This document shows positions 38,745 to 51,098 of a stretch of 64,000 nt of DNA, in pieces; the stretch's first letter is position 1; the number at the start of each line of letters is the position of its first letter. Position numbers and translations under genes: made by a program. Below the pieces are notes generated by a model. That model searched no databases, was not told the origin of the DNA, and was given only the letters and a program-made list of their open reading frames with translations. This DNA is from Ascidiella aspersa (lineage: Eukaryota): the NCBI GenBank assembly GCA_963924565.1, contig OZ004609.1, positions 30,814,001 through 30,878,000 on the forward strand. Direction: 5' to 3'.

Positions 38745-40900
38745 AGCAATCGACTCCTTGGACTCTCCCAGCGGCGGCAGCTGGCGCTATAAGTGGCCCG
38801 TTTGTTGATTGCGCCCCTCTTCGACGAAAAGCGGACTTTCTGCGGCGCGCCAAACGTGTCAACGGCGTCGTCGCCTTCCCAAACCTATCGAGCAGAGGCC
38901 GAACGTTGACTTCCCAGCTCTCGCAAAAAATCGATTGTTATGCAACAAAGGCGAGTCCTGTGACGTCAGCCGAACGCCCGCGGCGAACTTGTCTCCGCGT
39001 GACCGGGCGCTAGGCCGAGCACTCGCGTCTTATATAAGTCGCGAACGGCTTACGTAACTCTTAATGGGCGTCGTCGAATGCTCTTTAAGTTTGCCGTTCT
39101 TGGAGAGAGTTTTTTTTTGCGTTATGAAACGATTGTTTTTGTGCTTTAACCCTGTCGCGTTATGCTAGGCGGAAAACACCCGCTTTGGTCTGTGGTAACG
39201 CAGAAGAAGTCGCGTTTCCATACGAATCAATTTTTGATTTTATTAAGCATTCACTGGCAAAGCGTTTTAACACGTTATTGCTATCATCCTATTTTCTTAT
39301 TTACAAAAGTTAGCGACGCCGGACTTTATATATATACTGCTGTTTAATAACAAAATGTCCTATCTGTTCTCTCCTTCCAATGTAAACTTTGCGCGATTAA
39401 AACAAGTAACGTTTGTTCCGCCAAGAAAGGTATTAATAAAAAGTAAAATATTTCTCCAAATAGAAACAAAGTTGTAAACCGCCAGCCGCCCAAAAGACGG
39501 CTTATTGCTTGAAAAATCTTTACCAGTTCCGCATACACACACACGAAACGTCTTGGGGTTTCCTAAAACCTGTTTTTGTTGTTGTTGGCTCCACTGGATG
39601 CGAAAAAAAAACACTGACCCTAGCTTCCTGTGCCAGCTTTCCCACCAACACACAGCTTAGGACTCAATCGCCCCTTTGAACGAGCCGTAAAAACGATCCG
39701 CACTTCCCCGCTCTTACTGCGAACAAACCCGGACGCCAGAATCCGAAACTCGCTTTCAGAAAACGCCGAAACCTCGCGACACAATGGACCGCTGTGTCGC
39801 GCGCGCTACACGAGAAAGCGACACGATTGGCCTTTTCCGGCTTCGAGTTCGCGTCCTGAGTGGCGGAAGATGACCAGAGGTCGTCTGATCCTTTACAATT
39901 TCCGTTCCGTATCGAATTAAAAGTGAAGTGAGGTCGTGGATTTGTTTTCGACCCCATTGCGGTTTAAAGACTTCACTCGGGTTCTGTTTGAGCGTTTATA
40001 GACATCGGTGAATGTGACTAAATACAAGTTCATTACCTTTGAACTCCGAGAAAAGAACAAAGGCGCGTCGGGACAAATCAATTTCGTCTCCGAAAAGTGT
40101 GTCACGGTGTTGTAAATGTCGCTACGTCGTTGGCAGAAACAAAGGTAGACGTTGCAGGCGACAGTGTAAAATACGACCTTGCTAAGCAAAGCCCAAGGTT
40201 AAATAAATCGATAGAAATAACAGCAAAGAGCTGTTGCGGCCATTTAAAGAGCTCGGAATACTACGCGATTCCCCTTCCCGACTGCGAATTACACGGGAGC
40301 TAGAAACAGCCGTAAATCAGAAGCGAGCGAAATCGCTGCGACCCTTGGCCGTTCACACCACAGCCGCCGCTTAAAGAGCGTGGGAAAATGCGCCCGTGTT
40401 TGCGAGGCAATAGCTAGTCGCAAACACCATATGTGTGCGCTCTTGCTGTAAAAAGCGTTAGAATACAGGCATAAGGGAAGTTTCGAGGAAAAACACCCAG
40501 GCAGACGAAAAGGGCTCTTAAGTTCAAAGCGCATTCCGTACTTGAAACTGAAACCAAACGCCCGCGTAAAACTTATATATTTCGTTTGACAACAGAAGTC
40601 CCACTTTAAATAGAATTTTGATACTTAGCTTAACCTCCTATTTTTATCACTGAACGGAGCGAAATAACGCGATTTTTTTTTTTTATAACGGTAATAGCTC
40701 TTGTGTCTACTAAGCATATCACCTTAATGTTGGTTAACCGAAGGCTCTGTGTTACCTAAGACGCTTAACGAAACCACACATTCTTTTGACTGGACTTATT
40801 CGAGTTTTTCTATGTACTGTAACGTTTATAGTTAGTTTACCGTTTACATTATAGACATTAGATTTTTACCGGTTTCTCACCTTCTCTTTTCTTTCCTCAG

Positions 40901-41435
40901 GCACCTGTTCAGCCTCAGTCTTATGTCGAAACGCGGCGCCACCAGCATTCGAATGGTGAACACCAACGGCAATTTCCACTTTGACTCCGAAACCGACGAA
41001 AGCACCGGCAACGGCAAGGGCAACCCTTCGTCCTTCAAGTCCTCCGGCTCAGCGAGCGACATCCGCCGCTGTGTGGTCCGTATGATCCTCAGCTACACCG
41101 GCTCGTTGTCCAAGACGCGCCGCCCAGCAATAACGCAAGCCGCCGACTCCGCCGCACCACCTTGTGGCGAAGAAACTGCGAGCGGCGCCGCCGCTAGGGG
41201 CTCGTCGTCTGAGCGCCAGTTCCTTTGCTACTGGATGGACCAGCGCGGCTCGCGCAAAGAGATCCCGATCAAGCTGGCGAAGCCCCTGGGCGGGCAGATG
41301 ACGTCACTGAAACAGATCAGCCGCGCGTGCCTGAACCGCCACGCGCGCTTGTGGGAAAGTCCCGAGCGGCTGGCCTCCCTACCCCTGCCCCTGGCGCTAA
41401 AGAACTATATTCGAAAGTACCCCTACCCCGAGTGA
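40901..41435 (+). CDS. SOCS: SOCS2/CISH-like last exon: C-half of SH2 and SOCS box
   Basis: Acceptor ctttcctcag|G completes RDSSDAQHLFSLSLMSKRGATSIRM. Ends with SOCS box SLKQISRACLN...LPLPLALKNYIRKYPYPE and TGA. Confidence 0.95.
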
Positions 41436-43800
41436 AATGCAATGAAAAATACACCAAGAGAGTGTCGTGTTTCTTCTATGTTATTTTGCGCGATCTCCCA
41501 CTCGCCCGTTTTACTTTCTTTGTTTGTTTTTTTGCCAGCCACGTATGCAACTTCGCGACTTCGTTTTCGACTTTCTGTAGCATTGTTATACGGAAACTGC
41601 TGTTTTCTCAACGCACCGATTCGCCCGAATATTCTCACCGCAGTCTATATTATGCATAAGCACAAGAGTTTTGTATAACCAGTTTTTTATGTTTGTGATA
41701 AACTTTGAAACGATTTAAAAAAAGTTCAAATTTAATACGATACGAAAGCACGCGGCACCGATATATTGCATTTATGTCATTAACCGCAAAATAACTGTGT
41801 AACAGAAAAGCTAAATTTTATACGACATATCCCTTTAACGTCAAATAAATCCGTTAATTTCGACTATAAACCGGCTGGATAAAATATCAGCCATTGGGTT
41901 GAAGTTTTTTTCCACACACACGTTTCACGCTTTGATTATGACGTCACATACCCGGTCGCGCGCAAAAAAACTTTACTAACCGCCCAACTTTTCGTTCGCT
42001 TTGAGCTTTACCTGTTGTAAACGCCTTGTTCGCGCATCGAAGACTGGCGTATTTTCAATCGTTCAATTTCAGCCGCCCCTTTTTCGTTTTCCTATTTATT
42101 TTTGCGTAAATGATGAGTTCCTTGTTTTCGGTTTCGTTCGTTCGTTGGTTCGTTCGTTCACTGTCGTCGGGAAAGCAGAATCCCTACCGTCTTTGGCCGA
42201 TGCGAAGTTGAAATTAAAAACAACGACCTTATAAGTCACATTGTGTTTTCGATTGTAGAGTTAATGATTCAAAGTAGGTTAGTTTGTCTTCACAGAGCGT
42301 AGACAGTTTATATCGGATTCTTACCAAGTTTAGCAAAAGTATATAAAAACAACCCAGAAAGTATACATGAGTGCATATAGCAATATCTGCTTCAATTCGC
42401 ATCATTTTCAGCCCGTATCGTTCCATATGTGCAAAATAAAACCCTTTACTAACCTTAACACACAATGTAATGGTTAAGGTTAAGTACACTGTTATAGTGC
42501 TAACTGCTTTGTATACAAGTGATTCTCCAATATTTGTGACTTACGACACCCTACGTAAAGTAGTTCTACTAACAGTTTTCCAAATCGGTGTAGCATCCTC
42601 GAAAATTGAAACAGCCCTCATCAACAACTGTGCCCAACCTGGGAAAATATTTTTGATTTGCTGCACTACAATGGTACACAACAATTGTATTAAGAAGTTT
42701 TTTAGCAGGAACAACATTGTTAATAAAAATATTTAAAATATATTGCTCGGCGCCCAGCATTAGAAACGCTACACTGATCGAAAACCACTGGTATAGACAA
42801 ATAACAAACCTATAGCGACATTGTGCGGTAATATTGTTTTTCTTTTGTGAGTGTGTTTAAGGATATTTCCATGAACAATAAATATTGTGTGATGATTGTG
42901 ACACTTATAGTTAAACCTGTTGTGATTCGTGGGGCTATTATTCTTGCCTTTCTTTTTTTTATCATACATATGAAGTACATGTTGTGGTGCTTCAACATAT
43001 TTCATATTTTATTTTCTTTCGACATTTAAGGCTGTCGAGTTTTGCTGTTTAAAGCAGAGAGCAAATATGGTACCAACTTTAATATCCCTTAAAGTCTTAT
43101 TTATTTACGGTCTGGACGCAACAAATGCCTAGCACCAATCAACCAATGAGATACACACTACTTGACCAAATGTGAACAGAGGCAGATTACAAGAAATGTT
43201 CTACGTTAAGTCAATGCCCATCATGTTGAAAATGGCTAAGTAAAATATATTCGAAACGTTCAAAATGCTATACCTACTTCAATATTTGCTTTTATACTTT
43301 AGTTCGCTAATCGAGTGTTTTTAATATTTTTTAACAACGTGATTTTAGGAAAAGCTACAGCACACACAAACACTTTTCTAGAATGATCTATATGTAAGTA
43401 ACACTTTGTTAATAAATTGTATGTTGTGTACTACAGAATAAACACGTGTTTCATATTGTTAAGTACGTGATATCAGCAAGAAAACTTATCCGTTCATGCA
43501 ACATAGCGCGCCAAATTATGTGACAAAACCGAAACGCCACTTCCTCGCTTTTTATTTGAGAAAAAAATGCATTCTTCGGGGAAATAATAATAATCACCTG
43601 AGCGCTTTCGTTGATTGAACGGTTAAACCCGAAACACATTCAAGGGAGGTGGCTTGCTTTCAGCTATTTCCACAGTTATCAGTGGGAGTCGTGCACTAGG
43701 TTTATCAGTCAGCAAGGACCGTACACAAGGAAAGCTCAGAAATCATAGCCGATGAAAACAGAGTTTTTTCAAATCAAACAACCTAATATACATTATCACT

Positions 43801-43916
43801 ATATAAACTATTGCTACCAGGCATGGTAATATAAATCAAAAACAGCTTCTCTGGTAATTGTAATTGATATCGTCCGTATCAATTACAATTACCAGAGGAG
43901 CTGTTTTTGATTTATA
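43801..43916. repeat. Fold-back insertion with 40-bp inverted arms and a flanking direct repeat
   Basis: Arms 43830-43869 and 43877-43916 (1 mismatch), 7-nt loop. TATACATTATCACT occurs at 43787-43800 and 43913-43926. Confidence 0.8.
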
Positions 43917-46282
43917 CATTATCACTGTTTTGTAAAGCATTACATATGTTTTCAGTAAAGCGTTGTATTATTATTAGAGATACGGACGATAAAGTAATGC
44001 AGTGATCGGGTTAAAAAGACACCAAATTTAATTAGACACTTAGGGAGACTTCTGCTCTCTGTATATTTAAAAAACTCTGTTACCACCATTCGGATTAATT
44101 CCCAAGAATATTGGTATTCTTGCATACTATTAAAGTTTGCAAATAGACGTGTTCTCGTTTCCTGAATTTCTTAACGTGGTTGGCGATGAAACCAAAGCAA
44201 AACCCCGGTACAACATTTAAGTATAATATTTGAATACTTTACAAGAAAATTAGAAACTTATCGCAATGTTTTATTGGTTTAATTTTTGTGCAGGATACTT
44301 AAGAGCGTGAAAATATGATGGTTTTATATGTAAGGGGCTGTTTCCGCTAGGATGTTGCAAGAAAACTTTTCGGGCCTAGGGTTTGTCATTGAACATAGAT
44401 TACAATACATAGCTAACATTTATGGACGTATTTTCGTTAAGAAAATTGCAAGCACAATTTGTTTTATTTTAAATTAATTGCAGAAGCAGGTCAACTTTAG
44501 GCAGAGCTGCGGAGTCGGATTAATACTGAAGTTCGACTAAAAAAAAAATAAATAAATAAAGTCGCCCAACCACAGCCAAATTAAGCGACTTGGGCTCCGA
44601 CTTACATTAAATCCACTCTCTCACATGGGCTGAAAATATTTCACACTATGCCATTCCACTCTTACGATTTACAGTTTACGGTCTTTTTGGTTATAAACTT
44701 GCTAATGGACAAGCGCACGTCGGACTTGAGTAGTTTAACCTTGTCTTATTTCGAGTCAGGCAAAATAATAGTGTCTCGCTTGCGTTGTTTAAAGTAGATT
44801 GTCTTTTGTGTTTGTATGAATAACGGGTGTTAAAATCTTGTTTAAACATCGAAATAAGATATTCTAACTACGTGCACCTCAGCTTTTTAACTACCCTGAA
44901 GGTTGAAGCAATTAATCTTCTAGTTTGGTAATTTCAATGGCTTCTTTAGGTAAAGCAACTTACCTGCTTTCTAATTTGTGCATTTATTTTGCGAAAACGA
45001 CCTTTTTGCTTCATCGTAAACGAGTAGTAAAATATGACCCGAAAACGAGTGGCATTTTGACGAGGCGTTCTGAACTTTTCTCAATATGCGTTCGGGAGTA
45101 AATTGTATGTTTTATAACTTTGCTGACGAAATATGTCGAGGTAGGTATTGGGGAGTTTTGGGCCCTTAGCGTCAGCACAAAATTCCGGCAGTGGGTTTTA
45201 AATGGCGGGAGGTTTAAACCGAATATCCACAGCTACACGAATGTATTAAGACATATCTTTATTGAGTCCGAAACCAATGACAGTAGTTTCTGCCTGTCAG
45301 TAACTGGTAATGCGTACAAAACGAAGTAAATATCCAATGTTCAAAAAACCTGCGTAACATGCCAAGTCATACGTGGACAATTATAAGAAATAGCTTTTTA
45401 TATATTATCCGACTGTGCAGTAGAAAAGGCAGACATGAACACCAGTTTTCTGCAGTACGTATTGTTCGTATGAAGTTCAATTATAAAATACATGAGGGGT
45501 CCAGTAGTGTTTCGTGTAACATAAAAAAGCAACAACAGTTCAAACAACGAAAAGCAAATTTCATTTGGGTTACTTTTACAACCAAACATGATATTGCCAA
45601 TAAAAATATAACACGGCTACGATTTTTGTAACACTCCATTAGTTTTGCGTATTTTAATAAAAAGAGGTCGACAGTGTATGTATATTGTATATGCAACATA
45701 CTTTAAGAAGCAGAGCCACTTGTGCGAGAAGGTTTCCCCAAAACTAGAACACTATTTTACGCCCGATTAAAACTTTCTAAGCAGAACAACAGTCAAGGCT
45801 CAATACACAACAAATAATGGTAGAAACTACTGGTACTAAAGTGTGGGCAGTGAAATACATTAAAGCAAGCATTATAGCACTTATAATGCAAACCAACTTT
45901 TCGGACTTTCCAACGCTCCATGACACAATTAGGATCGTTTGATCGTTTCCAATATTACACAATCGTAAGTTAAATTTGCCCAGTAGACTGAATTACAACT
46001 GTTACTGCTTTTCTCAACATAAAAAACATTTTTGGAACATAAATTATTTGCTAAGAAAACAGTCTTTCTTATGATTCTCATAGTCGACGCATATACAAGT
46101 GAAATTTACAAACATTTCACTTGCATACAAGAAACCAACAACTTATACAAAAAAGGCGCTACAACTTAGAAAAAAAACGGCAGGTGTTTTGGCAAGCAAT
46201 AAAAAAAGTTCTTTACCCGAAACCCGGAAAAGAAATCGTAGTCTGGATTTACAGTGTCGGCAGGGTCACTTTTACGGGGCCG

Positions 46283-46483
46283 TCACAGCACCGGGCAAGG
46301 CTTGTCAGGCTTGAACGGGTTGGCTCCTTGCTTGGTGACCAGGTAATCGTTCAGTTGCTGCGTGTTGCAGTAATCTACCAGTTGTTTGGCCGCCGTCGAT
46401 ACCGGAATTCTTTCAACACTGTTCTCAATCCGCAGCTGCTGCACTTGCTTCTCCATCGCTTGTAGGCGTTTGTTGTTTGACAT
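46283..46483 (-). CDS. GNG: Heterotrimeric G protein gamma subunit (paralog A, 66 aa)
   Basis: GGL-domain pattern VQQLRIE..ERIPVS.AAKQLVDYC...DYL...NPF with C-terminal CaaX box CPVL. A 5'UTR acceptor (ttcttttcag) lies at 46557-46558. Confidence 0.96.
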   Translation of the reverse strand: MSNNKRLQAMEKQVQQLRIENSVERIPVSTAAKQLVDYCNTQQLNDYLVTKQGANPFKPDKPCPVL

Positions 46484-48138
46484 TTTTACCAGATTTTTTT
46501 GTTAAAGTTTTAAAAGAAACAACTTAGTTGGGGAAGTAGTAAAATAATATGCGGATCTGAAAAGAAAATCAAGTTTTTTTTTATATTATAAGTGGCAACT
46601 CTTAAAATAGAATATTCAGAATCCCCCCTCCCCTCTACGCTCGAACGTATGTTTTACGTCTTTTGTCTTTTTGGACCGGTTAGGCAAATATATTCAGCCC
46701 AAAGAAGCCGAATTTCAATCCCCCTTTCAAACAAAAATCTTGGATGTAATCGAACAAATTTGAAATGACGTATGTTTTAATCCAGTCTTTTAAAATAAGT
46801 CCAAGTCCAGCCTTTATCATAGCACGTCAAGCCCATGCCAAGTCATTATAACACAAACTATATAGTTGGCAAACTTCACCAATTCTCAGTCATATTCTTA
46901 ATAAATAACAACAAAAACGAAACATGTAGCGACAAACGGTTTTACTTGGCAAATTACACACAAACTATATAACGGTTTTACTTGGCAAATTTAAATATCA
47001 GGCAACAACTCATAGTCACCGCGTTTACCGAAATGACTTAGTCGAAACAAGCCAGTTGTTTAAAAAATTAGTTTAAGTCAGTCGATTTGCGATTAAGTTA
47101 TGTCACGCCATTTAAAAACAGTGACTTTAGTCGACTATCAAGTCATTGATGTCAATACAACACTCCAAATTTCTCGTTGTTTATTGACTTGTCGCGACAA
47201 CTGTGATTTAATTTAGTTAATGAACTTAGGCATATCGTACCAACTTAAATCACATTGTCAAATCGATTCTCATTCACTTGCTGTTATATTCATTAAACTG
47301 TTTCGAAACACAATTTTATACACCTAATATTGACATTTTACGGGACGTTAACGTAGAGCGACATGCGATCCAAAATACGTCATAAAGCAAGTGCTATTTT
47401 TACCAGAATTTCCGGTATCTTAAATTTTAATCAACCGAACCCAAATGTCATTTAATGAGCCTCCGCGTGTATTTAGCACAACCTCAAAAACATCGCTAAA
47501 TTTACCAAACGACCTTATTGCCCGGGCAATCTATTTCCAAAGCCTTTAACACACGACGCGTAAAACTCCGTAAAAACGTGCCAGAAACAAAAACCCACGC
47601 AATTCGATTCGAATCAGAACACGAAGAGTCGAACACCTACAACAGCAGCGTTAGCAAGCAAAACAAAAGCAACCAACTGCGCCAAACAGCCTCAGGAATG
47701 AAGGTGTTTTCGTTCGTTGCTGTACACTGCCTCCGTAATTGCCCAGGCTTCGGGGGTACGGATTTCGCTTCGAGCTTCGGCCGCGGTTTTGGTCGCGATT
47801 AGAAAAATAATAAACAAGCGCCCGGATTTTCGCCATCCTACACGGAAACTCGCTCAGAGCGAGAAAAAGTGCTCTGGGCCCGCCGCGCCATTCGGTTTAG
47901 ATTTGCTGCTAAAAAGATTGAACCAATTTCGAAACCTATGGTTGGACGAAGAACTTTCGTCGACAATATATATCTCGTACAGCGATTCAATCCAGCGACC
48001 AGTCAACTGACTAGCTTTAGACGTATGGAACTGATTTTGTTAACATATAAATATATATATTTATTTTCTAAGCTGTCAATCGTTAGATTTTAATATCTGA
48101 AATGCTGTCCCGTATTACTTTTAACCTGATGGTGTATC

Positions 48139-48442
48139 CAGGGGTAGCCAACACGTCGATCGCTATATTTCACCTGGTCGATCGCGTCGAATATGTGTTA
48201 CGTACTCATTACAGTTAGCTTTCGCACACAAGTGAAACTATAAAATGACCAATTGTTGTCTAGACAAGCCTAATAAAGCGCTCTTTGACGTAATAAATCA
48301 ACCTCTATCGCTGGCTTGGAATGCAATTAACGCTCAAAAATTTTAATAAGTGTTCTTGTGACTTTTTCACTAAACCAGTCGATCGAGAGTCTATAAAAAA
48401 TATCTCAGTTGATCGCAAGCAAACATAAGTTGGCTACACCTG
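48139..48442. mobile_element. hAT-like MITE
   Basis: TIRs CAGGGGTAGCCAAC and GTTGGCTACACCTG with internal GATCG repeats. The TSD is degenerate. Confidence 0.65.
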
Positions 48443-50773
48443 GTTATACAATACTGTAAATGGCTACCTGTTTCGTTTCCGACAATGTACGGGGACTACG
48501 GCGTCAGGCCATATGTGAGCACAACCGTTCTGAACAAGAAGCTGTCTGGCACGGATGCAAAAACTCAATTAAACTGCCACATAAGGACTGCACTGTGGTT
48601 TGCTCTGCTGGACGAGAAGTATGTATATTTCAGACAACATTTTCGATAAACGCGTGCCGTAATTCTGCCCTGAAACAACCTTGTCACCGCGGAACTAAAC
48701 AGGTTAAATGCGTGGCATATTCGGTAGAAATGGAACCTGTACAACACGGACAGGTTCAGTGACGGCTAAATGGAAGGCTTTACACATTTCACGACACTGC
48801 CTGAATTCTAATCTCCGCTATCTAATGATTTGTATCGATACGGAAGGCCGTTCGATCAAGCGTAGCAGGGGGTAGGGAGAAAATGTCCGGTGAATCTAAA
48901 GGTCACTTCTCACTGTATGATTTCAGTCAGGCTCGCTGTGGACTGCATCAACATATCAAAATAAACTTGACTTATAAACTTATAAACATGTACTTCGGTA
49001 CAAACTCGCCCCTGAGCTGAAAAATATCAACGATAAAAGGATTAGAGTGAGTAGATGGTTTGTAAGTCTTCTTTTCTCAATAAAAACACTGTGTAATTAA
49101 TGGCAATCTCTTATACAGGGGCGCCGCTTTGGATATTTGACCACTGCGCCTAAACAATACTAGAAAGTGACACTTTTTTTCTGTACAAACACCTCTAATT
49201 TCATGATATGCCGTTGAATTGATTTTGCTGAATAACAACAAAACATTTTCAAGTGCTATATAGGACAGTGCTCGAATGAAACTGATAGTACTCCGCTCGT
49301 CATACGGTCGCTTCCAGTTCTTAAACAGAGCGCAAAAGGCCATCTACCAGGAAGTATGCGCTACGCGAAGCGACACCACTGTGCTAAAGACTGCAAAAAG
49401 TCAGAGCACGACATCTCTGTAGAGATATGCCCGTTCCTTGTGTGGCTTATGCTGCGCGCATGTTGAGTTCCTTGTATCGGCGAAGGCCAATTTAGGGCAA
49501 CAATGAAAATCCCGTTTACAAGTCTTAAAATTTACATACTGCACCACGCATTGGCATCACAATGGAATCTCTAGCGATTTAATCTACTGTTCATGACGGA
49601 GTGCACGTTCTCCACCGTCGCTGTTGTTCAGACATCTGCGTGAACAGTGTTATAGTTTTTAAGACCACTTCACATTTCGTTCAACAATATAATAAACGCC
49701 TGCTTTGGCGACTGGTTTCTCTGATTGATAAGACTAACCTCCGCCGTTAGACACACACTACATAACACTACGCAAAGAGGCTGGATCGTTACATTACAAT
49801 ATTGTACCAAATGATGCTTTTTGTACGCGTTTCAACATAGCAATAACTCTTAACCCATGTATGATTCTTAAAACCGCATCTGTCGCCCGTAAATTTAGGC
49901 TATACCGGGCCTTTAAATTTAATATACCGGGCCTTTTTCTGAATAAATTCACCTTTTCATCACAATTACCAGCCCAATTCTGAAATCCATAGTTCTTGAA
50001 AATCTGCTCGTACGCCTCTTTGGAATATGACCTCTGTGGAAAGTGTGGTGTTCAGTCGACAAAGCAATACATCTCGATAAGCGCTACACTCGACAAGCGT
50101 TGGCGCTTGGCGTGCACTCGAGTCAAAACCTTCACAGGAAAACAGCGGTCGCTTCACCTTTCCACGGTTTGGCCGATTTAAATACTCGCCTTTCTCTAAG
50201 TGTCTGTCGGTGTCAATCCTGTTTTCCAAAGGTTAAAACATCATTTAGCGCAGCCGTGTAAACCTACCAATGTTGAAGACACAACGGCAAAAAAATGGCA
50301 AATTCACCACTTGTGATGTGGCCACGTAAACTGCGTTGGTTAATCGGCGTGTGCGCCCTGAAAAGTTTTTAGGCGAGCGAAAAGTCAATCGGAAACAATC
50401 GACCAGCGCTCTCCCACGTTCCTTCGTCGCCATGACGACCGCAAGCAGCAGCAGCCGTGTTTCCCGCCAAAAGTACTCGCCGATGCGTCGAAGCGTGACC
50501 GTCCGACGAGCGAGAGGCGTGTATAGTGGCACAATTGGAAAGGGGGGGTGTAAGTGGTTGTAAACGTCCGGACTTATCTCCTAGATAACTGTACGGCTTT
50601 ATACGAGCGACCATTGTGTTCGTTAAGCGTGCGGTAAACTGGCGAACGTCGCGGCATTTAGCGGCCCTTCGAACAGCTAAGAACCGCAGCTGGACAAAAA
50701 ACTGAGGCACAACTGATTTTTTGCCGTCCTGTTAGTTTATGGTAATCCTGGGGTACGTTTTTTTCAACCAAGA

Positions 50774-51098
50774 CAGTGTTTCTTAACCTTTTTACGACCG
50801 AAAAACAAAAGATTAGGTATAACAGAAAAGCTTGGCCGACCCAATTCAACTTTTTGTAAGCTTAAATCAAACGAAACATAAGAAAATGCCATAAAGAGAT
50901 TCGAATTTAATTAATAATTATGATTTTTTTCGTATTATGATTTTTTTTCGTATTTTTTTCTCAAATATTGAGAAATCGTGTTCTAAACTAATGGCAATCA
51001 ATCCATTCAGAATTTAGATAAAACTACTGTAGTCGGCGCCCCAACTAATCCAACGGCCACCGAAGTTCGGCTCGCAGCTCATGGACTGAGAAACTCTG
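50774..51098. mobile_element. Degenerate hAT-like MITE
   Basis: Termini CAGTGTTTCTTAACC and ACTGAGAAACTCTG. No clear TSD. Confidence 0.4.

Noticed and set aside
36093-39057. Dense set of 80-160 aa ORFs in the last SOCS intron
   Set aside because: Mostly non-ATG starts, all frames similarly open, no domain or consistent splice structure. Better explained as CpG-rich regulatory DNA.
46100-46285. Selenocysteine reading of the G-gamma UGA stops
   Set aside because: No convincing SECIS seen by eye in either 3'UTR, and CPVL is a canonical terminal CaaX. A SECISearch run would settle it.
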